64,000 bases of DNA from an uncultured delta proteobacterium (lineage in GTDB: Bacteria; Desulfobacterota; Binatia; UBA9968), in assembly GCA_963737905.1 (NCBI GenBank), contig CAVTUQ010000009.1, positions 64,001 to 128,000 of the forward strand. The letters run 5' to 3'. Within the stretch, counting starts at the first letter, position 1. Every line of letters starts with the position of its first letter. The position numbers and the translations under genes were made by a program. The notes below the pieces were generated by a model that did not search any database, was not told where the DNA came from, and saw only the letters and a list, made by a program, of their open reading frames with translations. This document shows positions 9,596 to 18,926 of the stretch, piece by piece.

Positions 9596-11614
9596 ATGGA
9601 GGTCCATGAGACCGGGATGCTAACGAGTATAGAAAAGGTACTTTTCATCTTACTTGCTGCAGGATCACTTTACTACGGCGGAATAAGATTTTATGACATT
9701 TATAGGGCCATTGCTCGGGGCAGACCTGATTCTCGTCTCGATCATCTCGGCCAGCGCATTGTGCGCGCGCTGTGGATCGTCTTCACCCAGCAATCCGTGT
9801 TTAAGACGCGGCCGATTGTTTCCCTCCTTCACGCGTTGATTTTCTACGGGTTTGTCTTTTATTTTTTGGTTAACCTTGTTGATCTGTTCGAGGGCTTTCT
9901 GTCTTTTAATGCGCGCGGAGGCTTGTGGGGGCCGTTTAATTTGTTGGCGGATCTCCTGACCGCGAGCGTTTTGATCGGGATGATCGGTCTCCTTATTCGT
10001 CGATTCTTTATTCGTCCCAAGGACTTCGCCTTCCCGCCCAACGTGCCTTTGCAACCCGAGGCTCGGGTTGGGATCCTTGGCGACTCTTCGATTGTGGCAG
10101 GCTTCATCCTTTTTCACGTCGGCAGCCGGCTCATGTTTCAGGCGACCCAACAGGCTCGCGAGGGCGCGGATGTTTTCCATCCGGTGAGCTCGCTCGTTGC
10201 CGGGATTTTTTTCGGCATGAGTCCCAGCGCTGTCGAGGTTCTGAACCATTTTTTTTGGTGGGGGGCCCTGGGTTCGATTCTCATCTTCATACCCTATTTC
10301 CCGCGTTCCAAGCATATCCATCTCTTCATGGCCCCGATCAACCTCGCGTTGAAGAGGGAGAACCCGGGAGTCTTGCAGCCGATGGATTTCGAAAACGAGG
10401 AGGTCTTCGGCGCCGCCAAATTGGAGGAGTTTACATGGCCCCGATTGCTGGATGCCTACAGTTGCATCATGTGCAATCGCTGCCAGGATGTTTGCCCGGC
10501 CACGAATACCGGTAAAGCGCTTAGCCCGGCGGCAATTTTAATCAATGAGCGTTATGAGCTGAACAAGCTCTTTCCCAATTTTTCCGCTGGGCAAGAGAGC
10601 CCGCGGCCACTGCTTGATTTCGCGCTCAGTGAAGAGGCGGCATGGGCCTGCACGACGTGCAACGCCTGCATCGAAGTATGCCCTGTGGGGAACGAGCAGA
10701 TGCTTCATATTATCGATGTCCGGCGCGAACGGGTGCTGGCCGCTGCGGAGTTTCCCAACGGGCTCAAAAATAGTTTTAACCATATGGAGCGAGCGGGTAA
10801 CCCTTGGGGCATTTCAGCCGATGAGCGACTCGTTTGGGCCAAGGGTTTGCCTTTTCCAGTGCCGACCATCGAACAAAATTCCGATCCGGATGTGCTCTAC
10901 TGGGTTGGCTGCGCGGCGGCGTTTGATCCCCGGGCGCAGAAGATCGCCCGAAGTTTAGCTGAAATCTTGAATTCCGCCGGCCTAAACTGGGCTGTGCTGG
11001 GCAGAGAGGAAAAATGCACCGGTGACCTGGCACGTCGCACGGGCAACGAATATCTTTTTGCTCAAATGGCGACAGAAAACGTGGCGGCTTTGGACGCAGT
11101 GAAACCCAAAGTTATCGTCACGACTTGTCCGCATTGCTTTCACACCATCGGCAATGAATACCCGCAGTTTGGCGGTAACTATGTGATGAAGCACCACACA
11201 GAATTTATCAATGAGCTGATCCGAGACGGCAGGCTCAAGGTCGCTGCCAACGCCGGCGGTTCCGTGACCTATCACGATCCCTGTTATTTGGGCCGCCATA
11301 ATGGCATCTTCGATCAGCCCCGCGCCCTGATCCACTCCACCGGCGCTCGATTAACGGAGCCTACGCGCTCCCGGAACAACAGCTTTTGCTGCGGGGCCGG
11401 AGGTGGACAGTTTTGGAAAGATGAAGAGAAAGGCACCGAGCGGGTCAGCACAAACCGCTACCGTGAGTTGAAACAGACCGGGGCGAAGACAGTGGCGACC
11501 GGCTGTCCATTTTGCATGCGGATGATCACGGAAGAGACGGCAAAAGAAGAGCCGGAAACGGCCATGGAAGTTTTAGATATTGCCGAGCTCGTCGCAAAGA
11601 ACCTGCAAAAGTAA
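9596..11614 (+). CDS. Membrane-bound Fe-S oxidoreductase (FadF/HdrD-like, CCG domains)
   Basis: N-terminal TM region, CIMCNRCQDVCP and CTTCNACIEVCP, TCPHC, YHDPCYLGRHN, CCGAGGG, GCPFC. Confidence 0.9.
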   Translation: MEVHETGMLTSIEKVLFILLAAGSLYYGGIRFYDIYRAIARGRPDSRLDHLGQRIVRALWIVFTQQSVFKTRPIVSLLHALIFYGFVFYFLVNLVDLFEGFLSFNARGGLWGPFNLLADLLTASVLIGMIGLLIRRFFIRPKDFAFPPNVPLQPEARVGILGDSSIVAGFILFHVGSRLMFQATQQAREGADVFHPVSSLVAGIFFGMSPSAVEVLNHFFWWGALGSILIFIPYFPRSKHIHLFMAPINLALKRENPGVLQPMDFENEEVFGAAKLEEFTWPRLLDAYSCIMCNRCQDVCPATNTGKALSPAAILINERYELNKLFPNFSAGQESPRPLLDFALSEEAAWACTTCNACIEVCPVGNEQMLHIIDVRRERVLAAAEFPNGLKNSFNHMERAGNPWGISADERLVWAKGLPFPVPTIEQNSDPDVLYWVGCAAAFDPRAQKIARSLAEILNSAGLNWAVLGREEKCTGDLARRTGNEYLFAQMATENVAALDAVKPKVIVTTCPHCFHTIGNEYPQFGGNYVMKHHTEFINELIRDGRLKVAANAGGSVTYHDPCYLGRHNGIFDQPRALIHSTGARLTEPTRSRNNSFCCGAGGGQFWKDEEKGTERVSTNRYRELKQTGAKTVATGCPFCMRMITEETAKEEPETAMEVLDIAELVAKNLQK

Positions 11615-11615
11615 T

Positions 11616-12080
11616 ATGAGGGTTCGAAGCAGACTTCTCTTTCTGACTTTGCTGGGGATTCTGCTCCACGCCACCGCTTGCCAGGCGCAACCTCAAGTCA
11701 CTATCGTCACAGGAGGAGGTCAAAAGCTGACTTTTCAGGTCGAAGTCGCGGATACGCCCGCCAAGCGAGAGTTGGGGCTGCAATATCGGCGCGATCTCGC
11801 TCCGGATCGCGGTATGATTTTCCTATTTCCAAGCGAATCCGAGCATTCCTTCTGGATGAAGAACACACCCATTCCGCTGGATATGATTTTCATCAATAGG
11901 GATGGAAAAATTGTCGGAATCGTAGAGCAAGCGGTTCCATTCTCAACGGATTCGCGTTCCGTACCGGGTGCCAGTCAGTTCGTACTCGAGATAAATGGCG
12001 GGCTTTCCAAGCGCCACGGAATCAAAGCCGGCGATTCAGTACAGTTCCAGGCTCTCTCGCCGGAAAGCATTAAACAATAG
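11616..12080 (+). CDS. DUF192-domain exported protein
   Basis: VEVADTPAKRELGL, GMIF, FWMKNTPIPLDMIF, VLEINGG. Confidence 0.9.
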   Translation: MRVRSRLLFLTLLGILLHATACQAQPQVTIVTGGGQKLTFQVEVADTPAKRELGLQYRRDLAPDRGMIFLFPSESEHSFWMKNTPIPLDMIFINRDGKIVGIVEQAVPFSTDSRSVPGASQFVLEINGGLSKRHGIKAGDSVQFQALSPESIKQ

Positions 12081-12136
12081 AAACATAAAAAGAGATGCTA
12101 CTGCTGGCCCCTCTTTTAAGAGGCTATTTCGGGTGA

Positions 12137-13204
12137 TCAGATCTCACGGAAGAAGTAGGGTCTGACGGGTTCGAGCTTTTGTTCGTAAGAATCGGGATAC
12201 AAGAACCACAGGGTTGCCGCCAGGCTGCTGAGCAAGGAGTTCCCATCCTGTGGCGTAAAACAGGTTCCGATAATTTCTTTGTCGCCTCTCATTGCCAGGC
12301 TCTGGGTCACGATAACCGTCTGGTTCAGAATCCGCCCAAACAGCCCGTGGTCGCGCCCAAAGGAGAAGACCGAAGCCGAGGACTTCTTGTTCGTGAGCGC
12401 CACCCGGCCGTTCGACTCGAAGCGGCGCATCAACTCGTCTTTGTTTATCCCGCGGCGAAGCTTCAGATTGAAATGAATGGTATGCATGTATTGGGTGTTC
12501 AGTTTTAACGCCGACGAGTAGATGTTCAAGCTCAATCCCAGCGTCTTAAATAGGTAGTGCGCGTCCCGTCCTTGATGGGTGCCGAATTCAACATCATCAT
12601 GTTTCCCGGCCTCCGGCGCAGGGATAAACTCGCCTTCTTGGCTCAAATCATTGGCCCGCCGCATGCAGACGAAGCGCCCTTCCTCGAGGTTATCTTCTTT
12701 TTCCGGTCCTAAGGCGACCGTGTCGATGAGCACTGCGAGATTGTGCGTGTTACAACTGACGACTTGGATAAAATCGTCCTTGCCTTTGACCAGTGCCTTG
12801 TCATTGATGCCGCGGGCGTACATCTTGCCGAAGCCATATTCGCTCCCTTGGGCGACGAACCCACGGCCATTGCCGGCGTACTTGTCGTAGAGTTTTTTCT
12901 TGTTTTCATTGCCCACGGGAGTACAGTCGATAATGACGCTGGCCCGATTAATGGCTTCTTCGGCTTCGAAGGTCGGTTCCATTCCCATATCGATAAACTT
13001 CTGCCGCCTCTCCTTGTCGACGCAGAGCTTGGCGCCCTTACTTCCCAAGACATGGACCTTCGAACGATCGGTGACCAAGGGGGTGCGCTTGTGGAATGTG
13101 ACTTCGTCGAGACCGAACTGTTCCCGGAACGTCGAAAGAATTCCGATCAACGGCTCTCCGATGGTTCCGGTTCCCACGACGTGCACGATCTTTTTCTGAG
13201 CCAT
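12137..13204 (-). CDS. Archaeal-type (class II) GAPDH-like dehydrogenase
   Basis: GTGTIG, IIDCTP, FVAQG, VVSCNT catalytic motif, RRAND, HQGRD, YMH. Confidence 0.75.
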   Translation of the reverse strand: MAQKKIVHVVGTGTIGEPLIGILSTFREQFGLDEVTFHKRTPLVTDRSKVHVLGSKGAKLCVDKERRQKFIDMGMEPTFEAEEAINRASVIIDCTPVGNENKKKLYDKYAGNGRGFVAQGSEYGFGKMYARGINDKALVKGKDDFIQVVSCNTHNLAVLIDTVALGPEKEDNLEEGRFVCMRRANDLSQEGEFIPAPEAGKHDDVEFGTHQGRDAHYLFKTLGLSLNIYSSALKLNTQYMHTIHFNLKLRRGINKDELMRRFESNGRVALTNKKSSASVFSFGRDHGLFGRILNQTVIVTQSLAMRGDKEIIGTCFTPQDGNSLLSSLAATLWFLYPDSYEQKLEPVRPYFFREI

Positions 13205-13378
13205 AGTCCCCACCTGCAATTTGATGAGCGGATTCTAACCCAAGACCTGTTTACGATCAACAGATAACTTGTCCAATGGGCCTCATCTTTCGCCATCTGG
13301 AGATTTTCTTAGCCGTACCGGCAATCGTCTTTAAGAGCAGCGACTTATATGGTAAAACTTCCAGTAAGGGGGAAGCAT

Positions 13379-14827
13379 ATGGCCGAAGAAATCCTTCCTG
13401 CAGAATCTTTTTTCAACCGTAATTTTGGCATTGGCAGCGGAGATCTCGAAAAAGTCCTTGCCACCGCTTTAGGCCGGAAAGCCGACTATGCGGATCTCTA
13501 CTTTGAGTATCGGAGGAACGAGGGTATCGGCCTGGAGGAGGGGCTGGTTAAAAACTGTTCTCAGTCCACCGCCAATGGAGTCGGCGTGCGCGTTTTGGCA
13601 GAGACAAAAACCGGCTATGCGTATACCGACGACATCACCATTGAAAACCTGGAACTGGCGGCGCGTACTGCGCAATACATCGCTCAAAACCAGCAATCTC
13701 AGTTGCCGGTTTCGGTGGGCCAGTCGCCGAGCGCGGCTCACGATCTCTACCCGATCAAAGTTCCGGTCAATGATATCGCTCTGGACCAGAAGGTGGCTTT
13801 GCTTTATGAGATCGACAAATACGCGCGAGGTCGAGATGCCCGGATCAAAAATGTCTTTGTCTCCCTCGCCAGCGAGTACAAAGTTATTCTGGTCGCTTCT
13901 TCCCAGGGTTTAGTCGTGGGAGACATTCAGCCGCTAACGCGCCTCAACGTCACGTGTATCGCCGAGGAAAACGGCGAGCGGCAGGTCGGGAGCTTTGGTG
14001 GTGGTGGCCGGGTGGAGTTCGGATTTTTCATCGATGCGAAGGACTACGAGCGGTACGCGCGGGAAGCGGTCCGGCAGGCCATTCTGAACTTGAGCGCGAA
14101 GGATGCGCCCGCGGGCTCGATGGACGTGGTTCTGGGCCCGGGCTGGCCGGGCATTCTTCTCCATGAGGCGATCGGGCACGGGCTCGAGGGTGACTTCAAT
14201 CGCAAGCAGACTTCAGCTTTCAGTGGCCGGATCGGTCAACGGGTCGCGTCCGAGCTGTGTACCGTGGTTGACGATGGTACGATTCCTTCGCGCCGCGGCT
14301 CCATGAATGTCGACGACGAGGGCACACCGACCCACCGAACGGTTCTCATCGAGAATGGTATTCTCAAGGGGTATCTCCAAGATCGCCTTAACGCGCAGCT
14401 CATGAGGATGCCTTTAACGGGCAACGGGCGACGGGAGAGTTATGCTCACATTCCGATGCCGCGCATGACCAATACTTTTATGCTGGCGGGTCAAAGCGAA
14501 CCTGAAGATATTCTTCGATCGGTCAAGAAAGGACTGTACGCGGTTTCGTTCGGGGGCGGTCAGGTCGATATCACCAATGGAAAGTTCGTTTTCTCCGCCA
14601 GTGAAGCTTATTTGATCGAAGACGGTAAAGTCACAGACCCGGTGAAGGGAGCTACGTTGATCGGCAATGGACCGGACGTTCTTACCCGAGTTTCTAGCGT
14701 AGGCTCGGATCTAAAGCTGGACGAGGGTATCGGAACGTGCGGCAAGGACGGCCAATCCGTGCCTGTCGGAGTCGGGCTTCCGACGATCAAGATTGATGGC
14801 CTCACCGTGGGCGGCACGAGGGCATGA
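13379..14827 (+). CDS. tldD: Metalloprotease TldD
   Basis: GWPGILLHEAIGHGLEGDFNRK, DDEG, PMPRMTNT, GTCGKDGQSVPVGVG. Confidence 0.95.
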   Translation: MAEEILPAESFFNRNFGIGSGDLEKVLATALGRKADYADLYFEYRRNEGIGLEEGLVKNCSQSTANGVGVRVLAETKTGYAYTDDITIENLELAARTAQYIAQNQQSQLPVSVGQSPSAAHDLYPIKVPVNDIALDQKVALLYEIDKYARGRDARIKNVFVSLASEYKVILVASSQGLVVGDIQPLTRLNVTCIAEENGERQVGSFGGGGRVEFGFFIDAKDYERYAREAVRQAILNLSAKDAPAGSMDVVLGPGWPGILLHEAIGHGLEGDFNRKQTSAFSGRIGQRVASELCTVVDDGTIPSRRGSMNVDDEGTPTHRTVLIENGILKGYLQDRLNAQLMRMPLTGNGRRESYAHIPMPRMTNTFMLAGQSEPEDILRSVKKGLYAVSFGGGQVDITNGKFVFSASEAYLIEDGKVTDPVKGATLIGNGPDVLTRVSSVGSDLKLDEGIGTCGKDGQSVPVGVGLPTIKIDGLTVGGTRA

Positions 14828-14832
14828 CGAAT

Positions 14833-14948
14833 ATCGTTCAAAACGTTCAAGCGGTTCAAGACGTTCAAGCCGTTCAAGATGTTCAAGCCGTTGTTCCGAT
14901 CGAACAGTTTGAACGAATTGAACGCTTTGAACGACTTGAACGAGTTGG
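14833..14948. repeat. 9-nt tandem-repeat hairpin (GTTCAA units then TTGAAC units)
   Basis: Six nGTTCAAnn units followed by about five TTGAAC units. Confidence 0.85.
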
Positions 14949-14954
14949 AGGGAT

Positions 14955-16310
14955 ATGGACCGACTGGAATTAAGCCAGGATTTGGGGCGGGACATCCTCG
15001 CCATGGCAAAGTCTCAGGGTGCTTCCCAGAGCGACGTTGTCATGGTGGAGAGTGACTCGTTTTTTGTAACGGTGCGGCTGGGCGAAGTGGAGAAAATCAG
15101 CCAGGCTCAGGAAAAACGCCTGGGTCTTCGCTTGTTTTTCGGCTCCAGCTCGGCTTCGGCGTCAACCTCCGATATCTCCAAAAAATCGGTTGGCCGTTTG
15201 GTGGAAGATACCACCCGAATGGCCCGGGCCACGGCCCAAGATCCGCACAGCGGGCTGCCGGCGGCCGAAGATCTTGCCCGCGAGATTCCCGAGCTGGATC
15301 TATTGGACGGCGGTGCTCGAACAATCTCCGTCGAAGAAAAAATTCAAATGGCGTTGGCGGCGGAAAAAACCGCCCTGGAGTATGACCCACGGATCACCAA
15401 CTGCGAGGGTGGGGAGTTCTCGAATCAGTTCGGGCGGGTCATCTATGTCAACAGTCAGGGCTTTTCCGGCGAGTACGAGGGTTCAACGTTCGGTCACTCG
15501 GTGGCGCCGGTTGCCGCGCAGAACGGCACTATGCAGCGGGACTATTGGTATTCATCGAATCGGAAATTCTCCAGGCTGGAGTCGCCCAAAAAGGTCGGCG
15601 AAAAAGCGGCGCAGCGCGTGTTGAGGCGACTGGGTGCGAAAAAAGTCAAAACCTGTGAAGTTCCCATAGTCTTTGATCCGGAGATAGCCGCTTCTCTGCT
15701 ACGGAATTTATCATCCGCTATTTCCGGTTATTCATTGTACAAGGGCGCATCGTTTCTGGTGGATAAACTTGGAGCCCAAATCGCTTCGGACTCCGTCACG
15801 GTGATTGACGATGGAACCATTCCGGCCGCGCTGGGCTCCAGGCCCTTCGATGCCGAGGGACTACCAACGACAAAGAAAATCATCGTCGAAAAAGGGCGCC
15901 TCCAGAGTTATCTCTTGGACACTTACAGCGGCAGAAAATTGGGAATCGCGTCCACGGGTAATGCTTCACGTTCAGTGGGAGAACCGCCGGGCGTGGCGCC
16001 GTCGAATTTCTATTTGACTCCGGGGGTACACTCTGCCGACGAAATTATCGGCTCGGTGAAGCAAGGTTTCTACGTCACCGAGCTGATCGGCTTCGGAGTT
16101 AATATGGTGACCGGCGACTATTCCCGCGGCGCGAGCGGTCTCTGGATTGAAAACGGAGAGCTGAGCTATCCGGTGGAAGAGGTGACGATCGCCGGTAATC
16201 TCAAGGAGATGTTTCAAAATATCGAGATGGTGGGCGCTGATCTTGAAATGCGCGGTAGAATCGCGGCGCCAACCATCAAGATTTCTCAAATGACCGTAGC
16301 GGGAGATTAG
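14955..16310 (+). CDS. pmbA: TldE/PmbA protein
   Basis: MQRDYWYS, PFDAEG, YLLDTYSGRKLG, TGDYSRGASG, EVTIAGNL; follows tldD. Confidence 0.93.
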   Translation: MDRLELSQDLGRDILAMAKSQGASQSDVVMVESDSFFVTVRLGEVEKISQAQEKRLGLRLFFGSSSASASTSDISKKSVGRLVEDTTRMARATAQDPHSGLPAAEDLAREIPELDLLDGGARTISVEEKIQMALAAEKTALEYDPRITNCEGGEFSNQFGRVIYVNSQGFSGEYEGSTFGHSVAPVAAQNGTMQRDYWYSSNRKFSRLESPKKVGEKAAQRVLRRLGAKKVKTCEVPIVFDPEIAASLLRNLSSAISGYSLYKGASFLVDKLGAQIASDSVTVIDDGTIPAALGSRPFDAEGLPTTKKIIVEKGRLQSYLLDTYSGRKLGIASTGNASRSVGEPPGVAPSNFYLTPGVHSADEIIGSVKQGFYVTELIGFGVNMVTGDYSRGASGLWIENGELSYPVEEVTIAGNLKEMFQNIEMVGADLEMRGRIAAPTIKISQMTVAGD

Positions 16311-16327
16311 CTACAAAAAAACCGAGG

Positions 16328-16384
16328 CTTGAAGATCGAGGATCGAAGATTGCAATTCTCCATCCTCGATTCTCCATCTTCGGT
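16328..16384. repeat. 7-nt tandem-repeat hairpin between convergent genes (probable terminator role)
   Basis: gaagatcgaggatcgaagattg ... ccatcctcgattctccatcttc. Confidence 0.6.
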
Positions 16385-16388
16385 CCTT

Positions 16389-16598
16389 TCAGAGCACCTT
16401 AAATCCTGCTTTTAACACTGCACGCAAAAAGTCATCGATGTGAGACTGGCTGGAATCAAAATCGATAACCGCTACACTGCGCTCCAGATTGAAATCGACA
16501 CGATCCACGCCGGGGACGCTTTGAAGCGCTTGCCTCAGAACCGGCAGATTCTCGGATGTCAGGTTTTCAACGGAAATGATGGCAGTCTTTGTTGGCAT
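16389..16598 (-). CDS. HMA-fold small protein lacking CxxC
   Basis: ALQSVPGVDRVDFNL...AVLKAGF pattern of heavy-metal-associated domains; no Cys. Confidence 0.75.
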   Translation of the reverse strand: MPTKTAIISVENLTSENLPVLRQALQSVPGVDRVDFNLERSVAVIDFDSSQSHIDDFLRAVLKAGFKVL

Positions 16599-17036
16599 GT
16601 TTCAGGATCGCCTTTTTGGAATCTGACAGAACCCTCTCTTCGTTTCAACAACAATAAAAGTCTTGACGTCGGCTAAGGGTCGTTTCGCCCCGCTCTTTAG
16701 CGGTTTAGAAATTATCGGCCAAAACTTCAGCCAAAATTTTGTTGACAGCGAGATTGTTCCTATGCAAAAGATAGCCACGGCTTAGCGGAATCGTTGGCGA
16801 GCCGTGCCTTTCTGGACCTCGTTCCGCTAGAGAAGGGACGACGCGGAGATCAAGAGTTTTATCGCGTCTTCCAATGGTGATTTTGTGATTTGCTTTAACT
16901 ATCCCACCTCGCACGGCCGTTCAGTCAACTGACCATGGATGAGAACGTGTAGCCCGTCAAGGACGGCGGTGGCAACTGGGTGTGGTAAGTCCCCGACTCA
17001 ATCACGCCCAACACCTTGCCGGAGGGAGGGTTCAAC

Positions 17037-18887
17037 ATGAAATTTCGAATCATCGGCCACGTTTTTGTACTGCTTTGCATCGCGGCCTCTGCCGGAGTCA
17101 CCCTTCTCAAGCTCTCTCCCGCTGCCGATCACAACGATCCCAATGCCGTCAACTCGATCTTCTCGGACATCGATGTCAGCGCTGCCGACCTTTACGATAT
17201 CTTCGGATGGCCAGCGGACGACACGACCGGCGGGGAAAAGGTCGTGATCGCGCTCACTTTCGCCTCGGTTCCCAAGGCCGGCGTCTTTGATTCCGACATG
17301 TTGTACCGCATTCTAGTCAGTCCGACTCCACGGGTTGCGCCGCAGCTCAAAGATGATGACGGTCTGGAAGTGGTGCTAAAGTATTTCGAAGCGATCAAGA
17401 CCAACTATGCGAGCCTCAAGCCGGAGGAAGTCCGGGTCACGGTCGATAAGGATGGCCGGGCGAAAATTAATTTTATCGGCTTTCCCGGTGGCAGCTTTGT
17501 CAAGGTCATCGACACCAATAAAGTTACTACGATCGACACGCCAGACGGCAACTCGCTCCAAGCTTATATCGGTGGCCGCGACGATGCGTTTTTTAACGAT
17601 CTGCCCGGCTTTTTCCGTTCCATCAACTATGCGCCGCAGTTCTATGACGTTCCTCACACAATGACGGATACCCGCGAGCTGAAGATACCCAAAACTCTGA
17701 TCGAATTGGAAGGCAACAAACTATTCAATTTTGACCCCGCCAATCCCAAGCACGGCCAGGGAGTCAAGCTCAAACTGCCGGCAGGCCCGCTCACGTGGAG
17801 CGGCAACAAATATTTCAAGGACAATAACGGCAATTACCGCTTTGTATACAGCGGAAAGGACGCGCAAGCCGGCAGAAACATCAATGCGATCATTCTCGAA
17901 ATGCCTCTGGCTTTTCTTACGAAATCGCCGGACGTGGACCGCATCGTCAACACGTGGGGCGAGAGCTGGGTCCTCAAGGCCGCTCATAAAATCGAAACGA
18001 TCCCCGATGACCGCGCCCCGGTCAAGGGACCCTTCCTGCTTCAGTATCCGTGGCTTGTCGGGGGCATCGCGATCTTGCTTGGCGCGCTGCTGATCCTTCT
18101 TGGGTTCAGAGCCTTGTCGCAACGCTCCGCCAACTCCTGGGCCAGGCCCGCCAGCCGCTTTATTCTGGGCATTGTGCTCGTGGTCTTGGGCGCGGGCTAC
18201 GGCATCATCGTCGGTAAGTTTGCCGCCCAGAAGCCCGAACTCGCGCGGCCCGAGTACCAACTCGACGACGAGTTGAAAAGATACAAGCTTGTCGATACCG
18301 ACGGCCAGGCTTTCGCCGATGCCGGTTTGAGCGAGCGGGAGGATGACCGGCAATTGGGGGCGTTCAATTTCTGGCTCGCGCCCCACTTCATCACCCGGCT
18401 CGCCCATTTGGGGTGGGGCTTCGGACCGTCGATCACCGCGTTGGGACTACGTACTTCCTTCGATCATGACAACTCTCCGATTTCCGTATACAAGACATAC
18501 GCTTCGCCGATAGAGGCTTTTCCGCGGGTCAAGAAAGTCGTGCTCCAGCAACTGAACATGCCGGACGACACGTGGAACAAAAAGAAGCTAAACATTCCGC
18601 TGCGGCGTGGCGTGGAGATCTTCATACCCAACGTCAACGCCATCGACATGGATACGACCGGCACGTGGCCGTTCGGGCGGCGCCCGGAGGATCAGGTCGC
18701 CACCCGGTTTCTCTCGTTGTTTCTCGATATGAAAGCGGAGATCAACGGCAAGCGCTACAACGTCGAAACGCTGGGGGATCAGTCTTTGTGGGATCACGCG
18801 CCAGTCGAGCCGAAGACGCCGCCCAATCCACTGAAAAACGACAAGGAATTTCTCAAGCAGTTTCCTTATCTGGCGGAGCCGTGGTGA
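17037..18887 (+). CDS. DUF4331-family exported protein with internal TM hairpin
   Basis: Signal peptide then ADHNDP, DLYDIFGW, GRDDAFF, GRRPEDQV, C-terminal FPYLAEPW. Confidence 0.75.
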   Translation: MKFRIIGHVFVLLCIAASAGVTLLKLSPAADHNDPNAVNSIFSDIDVSAADLYDIFGWPADDTTGGEKVVIALTFASVPKAGVFDSDMLYRILVSPTPRVAPQLKDDDGLEVVLKYFEAIKTNYASLKPEEVRVTVDKDGRAKINFIGFPGGSFVKVIDTNKVTTIDTPDGNSLQAYIGGRDDAFFNDLPGFFRSINYAPQFYDVPHTMTDTRELKIPKTLIELEGNKLFNFDPANPKHGQGVKLKLPAGPLTWSGNKYFKDNNGNYRFVYSGKDAQAGRNINAIILEMPLAFLTKSPDVDRIVNTWGESWVLKAAHKIETIPDDRAPVKGPFLLQYPWLVGGIAILLGALLILLGFRALSQRSANSWARPASRFILGIVLVVLGAGYGIIVGKFAAQKPELARPEYQLDDELKRYKLVDTDGQAFADAGLSEREDDRQLGAFNFWLAPHFITRLAHLGWGFGPSITALGLRTSFDHDNSPISVYKTYASPIEAFPRVKKVVLQQLNMPDDTWNKKKLNIPLRRGVEIFIPNVNAIDMDTTGTWPFGRRPEDQVATRFLSLFLDMKAEINGKRYNVETLGDQSLWDHAPVEPKTPPNPLKNDKEFLKQFPYLAEPW

Positions 18888-18926
18888 GGCTTTCGGGGCG
18901 GAGAAAACCCTGCGTACAGGACGGTG

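Noticed and set aside
14833-14948. Possible CRISPR array
   Set aside because: Units are 9 nt with no unique spacers, and no cas genes are present
14608-15009. ORFs with FKSFKAFNS or LERLERL repeats
   Set aside because: Translation artefacts of the DNA tandem hairpin; they overlap tldD and pmbA
13379-16310. tldD/pmbA as part of a RiPP cluster
   Set aside because: No precursor peptide or YcaO/radical SAM genes adjacent; housekeeping context
16600-17036. Riboswitch or small ORF upstream of the heme cluster
   Set aside because: No recognisable aptamer consensus or supported ORF by eye; an Rfam/Infernal scan would be needed
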